Of a DNA stretch of 13,062 nt, positions 6,789-13,062 are shown in pieces. Source of the DNA: Candidatus Methylomirabilia bacterium (GTDB lineage: Bacteria; Methylomirabilota; Methylomirabilia; Rokubacteriales; CSP1-6). The notes under the pieces are model-generated. The model saw only the letters and a program-made list of their open reading frames with translations. It ran no database searches and was not told where the DNA came from. The stretch is from NCBI GenBank assembly GCA_041492755.1, contig JBGPXN010000128.1, forward strand, positions 1 through 13,062, written 5' to 3'. The position numbers and the translations under genes are program-made. Within the stretch, counting starts at the first letter, position 1; each line of letters opens with the position of its first letter.

Positions 6789-6827
6789 AGTACGTCCAAC
6801 AGTACCGGCAAGCGTCCTCCGAGGCAA
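6789..6827 (-). promoter_or_regulatory. sigma70 promoter and paired GTAC operator of the Phd/YefM gene
   Basis: Minus strand TTGCCT (6827-6822), 17-nt spacer, TACTGT (6804-6799). GTAC palindromes at 6790-6793 and 6802-6805 are 12 bp apart. Confidence 0.65.
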
Positions 6828-6839
6828 TCGTGCCTCTGC

Positions 6840-6996
6840 GGCGGCCACGTCACCGACTGCACCGCGAGCAACGTGTTCATCGTGCGACGCGGCGAGGTGA
6901 GAACGCCTCCGGAAGGACCGCGTGATCGGCGACGGCCACCCGGGTCCGATCACCCGACGGCTGGTCGAGGCGTTTCGGGTCGCTACGCGGGGCTGA
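6840..6996 (+). pseudogene. Remnant of a class-IV PLP aminotransferase (IlvE/Dat-like) with internal deletion
   Basis: GGHVTDCTASNVFIVRRGEVRTPP (6840-6911) resembles the class-IV ExxxxNxF..G.L.TP motif. In another frame, VIGDGHPGPITRRLVEAFRVATRG-TGA (6922-6996) resembles the typical C-terminal IGxGxPGPIT. The intervening LxGITR region and the N-terminus are absent. Confidence 0.8.
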
Positions 6997-7023
6997 CCGA
7001 GCCGAAGCCGTCGAGGTGCGTCG

Positions 7024-7716
7024 TCAGTCGGGCCTCGTCAGATGCGTCTCCAGAAATCGCCTCGCTTCGTCAAAGCTTTGCTTCGCGGCATGCTCGTGAT
7101 AGCCGGGATGGGTGCGCACGGCGAAGCCATGGCGGACGCCGTCATAGAACCTGAACTCGCAGACTTTGCCGAGCTCCCGCATCCGGGCCTCCATCCGGCG
7201 CATATCCGCGAACGGGGCCCGCTCATCTTCCGTGCCGTGCAGGACCAACGTCGGGACGCTCACGCCCTCGGCGAGGTCGTACGGCTGCGCGCCGGGCTTT
7301 GAGCTCGACGGCCGGAAGGCGAAGCCATGGAAGACGACGATCACGCGGATCTCCGCATACGCCCGGGCGGCCATGAACGCGTGCACCCCGCCGCGGCAGA
7401 AGCCGAACACCGCCAATCTCTTCTGATCGGCCCGGCCCACCGACCGGAGGAAGGTCATTGCTCCCTTCAGATCGTCGTACACGGGGCCGTCCGTCGGGTC
7501 TGCGCCCCGAACCTTCCAGCCGTGCAGGAGAGCGACGTACCCCCACTCGGCGAGTCGACGCGCAATCTCGGTGTAGCCGTCATCCGGCCCGGCCACGCCG
7601 CGGAGGATCAGCACGGCGGGATGTGGTCCCTCGCCGTCTGGGGTGGCCAGGTACGACGGGACGTTCGTCTCGCCGTCACCGCTCGTGAAGGTCACGGACT
7701 CGAGCCGCACCGTCAT
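7024..7716 (-). CDS. Dienelactone hydrolase family protein (alpha/beta hydrolase)
   Basis: GFCRGG nucleophile motif, HGTEDER (Asp) and GVRHGF (His). GGGGAG Shine-Dalgarno lies in the 3' end of tex; 230 aa. Confidence 0.92.
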   Translation of the reverse strand: MTVRLESVTFTSGDGETNVPSYLATPDGEGPHPAVLILRGVAGPDDGYTEIARRLAEWGYVALLHGWKVRGADPTDGPVYDDLKGAMTFLRSVGRADQKRLAVFGFCRGGVHAFMAARAYAEIRVIVVFHGFAFRPSSSKPGAQPYDLAEGVSVPTLVLHGTEDERAPFADMRRMEARMRELGKVCEFRFYDGVRHGFAVRTHPGYHEHAAKQSFDEARRFLETHLTRPD

Positions 7717-7719
7717 GAC

Positions 7720-9915
7720 TTACTCCCCCGTCGCAGGATGTGAGGCCGGCGCCTGCTTGAGGGAGAGGCCGATGCGCCGGCGTTGGCCGTCGATCTTGAC
7801 CACCTTCACCCGGACGCGATCGCCGACCTTCACGACCTCGGCGGGATCGCGGACGAAGCGGTTCGCCAGCTCGCTCACGTGCACGAGCCCGTCCTGGTGG
7901 ACGCCCACGTCCACGAACGCGCCGAACGCGGTGACGTTCGTGACGACACCGGCGAGGACCATGCCCTCCTTCAGGTGCTCGAACTCGGTCACGTCGTCCC
8001 GGAAGCCGACCTCCTCGAAGGCTTCGCGCGGGTCCCGGCCGGGCTTCTCCAGCTCGGCGAGGATGTCGCGCACAGTGGGCTCGCCGCGCCGTTCGTCCAC
8101 GTAGCGCGCGAGCTCGAGGCGGCGCACCAGATCCGGGCGCCCGACGAGGTTCGCGACGTCGACCCCGAGGTCGCCCGCCATGCGCTCCACCACGTCGTAG
8201 CTCTCGGGGTGGACGGCGCTCGAATCGAGCGGGTTCGTCCCCTCGCGGATGCGGAGGAAGCCGGCCGCCTGCTCGAAGGCTTTCGGGCCCAGACGCGAAA
8301 TCTTGAGCAGGTCGTGGCGCGCGCGGAGCGGGCCGTGCTCGGCGCGGAAGGAGACGATGTTCCGGGCGAGGGTCTCGCCGATCCCCGACACGTAGGAGAG
8401 CAGCCTCGCCGAGGCGGTGTTCACGTCGACGCCGACCTTGTTCACGCACGACTCGACGACCGTGTCGAGCGATCGCTTGAGGGCCGGCTGGTTCACGTCG
8501 TGCTGGTACTGGCCGACGCCGATTGACTTGGGGTCGATCTTCACCAGCTCGGCGAGCGGATCTTGAAGTCGCCGCCCGATCGACGCGGCCCCGCGCACGG
8601 TGATGTCCTTGTCCGGGAACTCCTCGCGCGCGATCTCGGAGGCCGAGTACACGGAGGCGCCGCTCTCGTTCACGAGCACGACCACGCACGCCTCCGCGAG
8701 CAGCTTCTCGCGCTTCATCGCCCGCACCAGCTCGTGCGTCTCGCGCCCGGCGGTGCCGTTCCCGACCGCGACGGCCTCGGTGCGGTGGCGACCGGCGAGG
8801 GCCGCGAGCGCCTGCTTCGCCTCGGCCGCGCGCTTGTGCGGTTCGTGCGGGTAGATCACGGTCTCCTCGACGAGGTCGCCCTGCTCGTCGAGGGCCACGA
8901 CCTTGCACCCGGTGCGGAAGCCCGGGTCGATGGCGAGCACGCGCTTGCCGCCGAGCGGTGGTTGCAACAGCAGGTGTCGCAGGTTCTCGGCGAAGACTCG
9001 GATGGCCTCGGCGTCGGCGCGCTCCTGGAGCGTCGCGCGCACGTCGGCCTCGGTCGAGGGCCCGAGCAGCCGCCTCCAGGCGTCGACGAGCGCGGCCTCG
9101 AGGTCGGAGGCGAGCGCGGCGCGGCGCTCGCGCACGACGCGCCGGCGGATGCGCGCGAGGGCGGCCTCCTCGTCCACCACGAGCGACACTTTCAGGAACC
9201 CCTCGTTCTCGCCGCGGAAGACGGCCAGCACGCGGTGGCCCGGCAGCGTCCGGGCCGGGCCCTCGAAGGCGTAGTAGTCCTCGAACTTCTTCCCTTCCTG
9301 CTCCTTCCCCTTCGCGACGCGCGAGGCGAGGCGACCCTCGGCGAGCGCCAGATCCCGCAGCGACGCGCGCACGTCGGCGTCCTCGGCGATGCGCTCGGCC
9401 ACGATGTCACGCGCGCCCTGCCACGCCGCCCCGACGTCGGGGACACCCTTCGCGGCGTCCACGAACGGCCCCGCCAGCGTTTCGCGCGGCTTCTCCAAGC
9501 GTATCGTCTGCGCCCAGACGAGGTCGGCGAGCGGCTCGAGGCCACGCTCCCGCGCGATCGTCGCCTTCGTGCGGCGCTTCGGCTTGTAGGGAAGATACAG
9601 ATCCTCGAGCTCGGTCTTTGAGCGCGTCGCGAGGATGCGCGCGCGCAGGTCGCCGGCGAGCTTTCCCTGCGCCGCGATCGAGTCGAGGATCGTCTTCCGG
9701 CGCGCTTCGAGCTCTGCCTGGTACTCGTGACGCTCCTGGATCTGCGCGATCTTCACCTCGTCGAGCCCGCCCGTCGCCTCCTTGCGGTAGCGCGCGATGA
9801 ACGGGACGGTGGCGCCGCCGGCGAAGAGCGCGAGCGTGCGCTCGACCGCCGCGCGGGGGAGGGAAAGCTCCGCAGCCACGGTCGCCGCGAGGTCGGGGGT
9901 TCCTTCGGTCGCCAC
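7720..9915 (-). CDS. tex: Tex-family RNA-binding transcriptional accessory protein
   Basis: GATVPFIARYRKEATGGLDE, LEDLYLPYKPKRRTKA, IDPGFRTGCK (YqgF-like), GRRLQDPLAELVKIDPKSIGVGQYQHDV, HhH motifs and a C-terminal S1 domain (FGAFVDVGVHQDGLVHVSEL); 731 aa. Confidence 0.97.
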   Translation of the reverse strand: MATEGTPDLAATVAAELSLPRAAVERTLALFAGGATVPFIARYRKEATGGLDEVKIAQIQERHEYQAELEARRKTILDSIAAQGKLAGDLRARILATRSKTELEDLYLPYKPKRRTKATIARERGLEPLADLVWAQTIRLEKPRETLAGPFVDAAKGVPDVGAAWQGARDIVAERIAEDADVRASLRDLALAEGRLASRVAKGKEQEGKKFEDYYAFEGPARTLPGHRVLAVFRGENEGFLKVSLVVDEEAALARIRRRVVRERRAALASDLEAALVDAWRRLLGPSTEADVRATLQERADAEAIRVFAENLRHLLLQPPLGGKRVLAIDPGFRTGCKVVALDEQGDLVEETVIYPHEPHKRAAEAKQALAALAGRHRTEAVAVGNGTAGRETHELVRAMKREKLLAEACVVVLVNESGASVYSASEIAREEFPDKDITVRGAASIGRRLQDPLAELVKIDPKSIGVGQYQHDVNQPALKRSLDTVVESCVNKVGVDVNTASARLLSYVSGIGETLARNIVSFRAEHGPLRARHDLLKISRLGPKAFEQAAGFLRIREGTNPLDSSAVHPESYDVVERMAGDLGVDVANLVGRPDLVRRLELARYVDERRGEPTVRDILAELEKPGRDPREAFEEVGFRDDVTEFEHLKEGMVLAGVVTNVTAFGAFVDVGVHQDGLVHVSELANRFVRDPAEVVKVGDRVRVKVVKIDGQRRRIGLSLKQAPASHPATGE

Positions 9916-9923
9916 GATGATCA

Positions 9924-9952
9924 GTTCTACGGCCCGCGGGGCGGCGATGCAA
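9924..9952 (-). promoter_or_regulatory. Possible tex promoter (very short or no leader)
   Basis: Minus strand TTGCAT (9952-9947), 17-nt spacer, TAGAAC (9929-9924), 8 nt to GTG 9915. The -10 lacks the conserved final T. Confidence 0.35.
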
Positions 9953-10174
9953 TCTCGACGTTCGCGCCGCTGATTCGAGCGAGGGCCCGACGAACGACGT
10001 TACGAAACTCATCGCGTGCCCCCACGATGTCGCCTATGATCTGCGGAAGCACCACGCCTGCTGCGAATCCGCGGTCACGGCCTCTGGAGCGAAGGCGGAG
10101 CGACGGGCGCACGATTCTGGACCGAAGCTTCGCGAACGATTGCCGTCGTCAAGGCGAGTCACGGGAGGACGTTC

Positions 10175-10630
10175 ATGGCAAAGCTCAACATCAATGGCAG
10201 AGTCCGTGACGTGCAGGTGGAGCCCGACACGCCTCTGCTGTGGGCCATCCGCGAGCAGGTCGGGCTGACGGGCACCAAGTACGGCTGTGGCGTCGCGCAA
10301 TGCGGCGCCTGCTCCGTGCACATCAATGGCGCCCTCAGACGCTCTTGCATCGTCCCGGTCGGCAGCGTGAAGGCCACCGACAAGATCGTCACCATCGAAG
10401 GCCTGTCGGGCACCAGTTCGCATCCCGTCCAGAAGGCCTGGGCGGCGCTGGACGTTCCGCAGTGCGGCTACTGCCAGTCCGGGCAGATCATGGCCGCGGC
10501 GGCACTGCTGAAGAAGAAATCGAAACCGACCGACCAGGACATCGACGACGCCATGTCCAACATCTGCCGGTGCGGTACCTATCAGCGCATTCGGGCGGCA
10601 GTGCACATGGCCGCTGGCAGGGGAGCGTGA
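10175..10630 (+). CDS. iorA: (2Fe-2S)-binding small subunit of an isoquinoline 1-oxidoreductase / aldehyde oxidoreductase-type molybdoenzyme
   Basis: GGAGG Shine-Dalgarno; [15 protein letters not shown]11-C and [13 protein letters not shown] are the two 2Fe-2S motifs. Confidence 0.93.
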   Translation: MAKLNINGRVRDVQVEPDTPLLWAIREQVGLTGTKYGCGVAQCGACSVHINGALRRSCIVPVGSVKATDKIVTIEGLSGTSSHPVQKAWAALDVPQCGYCQSGQIMAAAALLKKKSKPTDQDIDDAMSNICRCGTYQRIRAAVHMAAGRGA

Positions 10631-10631
10631 C

Positions 10632-12833
10632 ATGAAGGCGACCAGCGACCGAGTTGCGAGTCTTTCGCGCCGCCGCTTCATCGTCGGCACGGCAGCCGCC
10701 GCCGGCGGCCTGGCCATCGGGATCCGCCTGCCGTCCGGATTCGGGTCGGCCGAGGCAAAGAGCGCGGTGGAGGTCGGCACCGAGGTCCATGCCTGGGTGG
10801 TCGTCAAACCGGACGACACCTGCGTGATTCGCATCGCGCGCTCGGAAATGGGGCAAGGCACCCTCACCGGCCTGGCCCAGCTCGTCGCCGAAGAGCTCGA
10901 GTGTGATTGGAAGAAAGTGGCCACCGAGTCGATCACGCCGGGCCAGAACCTCGCCCGCAAGCGCATCTGGGGCGAGATGGGGACCGGTGGCAGCCGCGGA
11001 ATCCGCACCTCGCACGACTATGTCCGCCGCGGCGGCGCGGCCGCGCGCATGATGCTGCTGCAGGCGGCGGCCGACCAGTGGAAGGTGCCGGTCGGCGAGG
11101 TGAGCGTGGCCGACGGCGTCATCACGCACGCGGCCTCCGGGCGCAGGACGACCTACGGCAAGGTGGCCGCGGACGCCGCCAAGCTGACGCCGCCGGACCC
11201 CAAGAGCATCACGCTCAAGGATCCGAAAGACTGGAAAATCGCCGGCAAGCCGATGAAGCGGCTGGACACGGCCGACAAGCTCGACGGCAGCAAGGTCTAT
11301 TCGATCGATCTCAAGCTGCCAGGCATGTTGCACGCGGCCATCAAGGCGTGCCCGGTGTTCGGCGGCAAGCTCGCGAGCTACGACGAGGCGAAGATTGCCG
11401 GCCGGCCCGGCGTCCGCCGCGTCGTCAAGGTGAACGATTGGACCGTCGCGGTCGTCGCCGATACGTGGTGGCGGGCCAAGTCCGCGCTCGAGGCGCTTCC
11501 GATCGTCTGGGACGAAGGCCCCGGCGCATCCCAGTCGAGCGCGATGATTGCCGAGCACCTCAAGGAGGGACTGACGGCGAAAGAGGCGTATGCGTTCCGT
11601 AACGATGGCGACGCGCTCACCGCGATCCAGGGCGCCGCGAAGAAAGTGGAAGCGGTCTACAGCACGCCGTTCCTGGCCCACGCGACGATGGAGCCGATGA
11701 ATTGCACGGTGAAGATCTCGGCGGACCGGGCCGAGTGCTGGGTGCCGACGCAGAACGGCGAGGCTTCGCTGGCCGCTCTGTCCGAACAGTCGGGAGTCCC
11801 GTTGGCCAAGTGCGAGGTCTACAAGCACGACCTCGGCGGCGGCTTCGGCCGGCGCGGCGGCAACCAGGACTACGTTCGGCAGGCGGTCGCCATCGCCAAG
11901 CAGTTCCCCGACGTGCCGGTCAAGATGATCTGGTCGCGCGAAGAGGACATGGGGCACGACTTTTACCGCCCGATCTCGCAGTGCAAACTGGCCGCGGGCC
12001 TCGATGAGAAGGGCAATCTCGTCGGGCTGCACGTTCGCATCTCCGGCCAGTCGATCAACGCGTTCGTGAATCCGGCATTGATCGCCAACGGCAAGGACGC
12101 TCGACAGCTCCAGGGATACACGGACAAACCCGGGGACGCGCAGCTCGGCTACACCGTGCCGAATCTGTTGATCGAGTACGCGATGCGCAATACGCACGTG
12201 CCGGTCGGCCCCTGGCGTGGCGTCAACACCAACCAGAACGGCGTGTACATGGAATGCTTCATGGAAGAAGTGGCCCGGGCGGCCGGCGCCGACTCGCTCG
12301 AGTTCCGCCGTGCCCTCATGAGCAAGCATCCGAAGCATCTCGCCGTCCTCAACGCGGCGGCGGACAGGGGCGACTGGGGCAAGCCCCTGCCGGCCGGCGT
12401 GCATCGCGGCATCGCGCACTTCATGGGGTACGGAAGCTACTCGGCCGCCGTGGCCGAGGTCTCGGTGAACGGCGAGGGCAAGGTCAAGGTTCACCGCATG
12501 GTGCTGGCGCTCAATTGCGGCCATGCGGTCAATCCCGACCAGATTGCCGCCCAGGTCGAGGGCTCGGTGGCCTATGGTCTGAGCGCCGCGTTCTACGGCG
12601 AGTGCACGGTGCAGAACGGGCGCATGACGGAGCTGAACTTCGACCGCTACCGGATCTTGCACCTGGCCGAAATGCCGAAGGTGGAGACGGTGATCGTCCC
12701 GTCATACGACTTCTGGGGCGGGGTCGGCGAGCCGACGATCTGCGTGGTGACGCCCGCGGTCCTCAACGCCATCTTCGCCGCGACCGGCAAGCCGGTGCGC
12801 AGCCTACCCCTGAAGAACGTCAAGCTCGTGTAG
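10632..12833 (+). CDS. iorB: Molybdopterin-binding large subunit, xanthine dehydrogenase family (IorB-like), with Tat signal
   Basis: SRRRFI twin-arginine motif plus a hydrophobic stretch; SEMGQG, TGGSRGIR, HATMEPMNC, GGGFGRRG, AQVEGS, GGVGEP. Starts 1 nt after iorA. Substrate cannot be inferred. Confidence 0.93.
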   Translation: MKATSDRVASLSRRRFIVGTAAAAGGLAIGIRLPSGFGSAEAKSAVEVGTEVHAWVVVKPDDTCVIRIARSEMGQGTLTGLAQLVAEELECDWKKVATESITPGQNLARKRIWGEMGTGGSRGIRTSHDYVRRGGAAARMMLLQAAADQWKVPVGEVSVADGVITHAASGRRTTYGKVAADAAKLTPPDPKSITLKDPKDWKIAGKPMKRLDTADKLDGSKVYSIDLKLPGMLHAAIKACPVFGGKLASYDEAKIAGRPGVRRVVKVNDWTVAVVADTWWRAKSALEALPIVWDEGPGASQSSAMIAEHLKEGLTAKEAYAFRNDGDALTAIQGAAKKVEAVYSTPFLAHATMEPMNCTVKISADRAECWVPTQNGEASLAALSEQSGVPLAKCEVYKHDLGGGFGRRGGNQDYVRQAVAIAKQFPDVPVKMIWSREEDMGHDFYRPISQCKLAAGLDEKGNLVGLHVRISGQSINAFVNPALIANGKDARQLQGYTDKPGDAQLGYTVPNLLIEYAMRNTHVPVGPWRGVNTNQNGVYMECFMEEVARAAGADSLEFRRALMSKHPKHLAVLNAAADRGDWGKPLPAGVHRGIAHFMGYGSYSAAVAEVSVNGEGKVKVHRMVLALNCGHAVNPDQIAAQVEGSVAYGLSAAFYGECTVQNGRMTELNFDRYRILHLAEMPKVETVIVPSYDFWGGVGEPTICVVTPAVLNAIFAATGKPVRSLPLKNVKLV

Positions 12834-12836
12834 CAG

Positions 12837-13062
12837 CCCGAACTCGTGGACCACGCGTTCCGCGGCCAGTCCTGTCGCTGCCAGTGTGAGCAGGCGATCG
12901 ATCCTCTGCTCGCGCTCCTTCGCGGTCGCCTCGGCGCCGTCGATGTTCTGGATAAGGATCCCGATGGCTTCCCTCTGGGCGACGGTCGTCCGCATCAGTC
13001 CAGAAGCGCCTTGAACACGCCGTCGGAAGCGTCCCTGTAGAACTCGATGCTCACTTTGGTCC
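12837..13062 (-). pseudogene. Possible truncated histidine-kinase (H-box-like) fragment
   Basis: The frame is open from the window edge: ..EREQRIDRLLTLAATGLAAERVVHEFG resembles a coiled coil leading into an H-box. It then runs straight into the antisense of the iorB end (stop 12804), with no ATPase domain. Confidence 0.3.

Noticed and set aside
1..7000. Integron cassette array or IS/transposon as the carrier of the TA modules
   Set aside because: No integrase or transposase ORF, no paired RYYYAAC..GTTRRRY attC structures, and no terminal inverted repeats with target duplications were found by eye.
9927..10112. 61-aa minus-strand ORF between tex and iorA
   Set aside because: No Shine-Dalgarno or recognisable motif, and it lies in the divergent promoter region.
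10488..12662. Long antisense and alternative-frame ORFs (10488..12662, 7676..8908, 8563..9621, 3572..4543 and others)
   Set aside because: These are shadows of well-supported genes in high-GC DNA and carry no recognisable motifs.

Overview
High-GC bacterial chromosomal window. The left end (66-2883) is a cluster of three different toxin-antitoxin (TA) modules: hepT-mntA (HEPN/MNT, minus strand), a toxin-first Gp49/RelE-like toxin with an XRE-HTH antitoxin (the toxin appears frameshifted near its C-terminus), and vapBC. Each has a recognisable sigma70-type promoter. The middle is a minus-strand run of ordinary genes: tex, a dienelactone hydrolase, a D-2-hydroxyacid dehydrogenase, mtgA and an MFS transporter. 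This run is interrupted at ~6190-7000 by a mosaic of gene fragments: a class-IV aminotransferase remnant, a truncated Phd/YefM antitoxin with its promoter and operator, a 186-bp copy of the mntA 3' part, and a piece of mtgA. The right end carries iorA/iorB-type molybdenum hydroxylase genes and a possible histidine-kinase fragment. The most notable observation is that two diverged mtgA fragments (2030-2114 and 6331-6367) each sit beside TA DNA and correspond to directly adjacent segments of the intact mtgA, breaking at the same codon (EGRV|AWSW). This suggests repeated gain and loss of TA modules at a fixed site in mtgA, with no integrase or transposase in the window. All family calls are from motif recognition by eye; no database searches were run.
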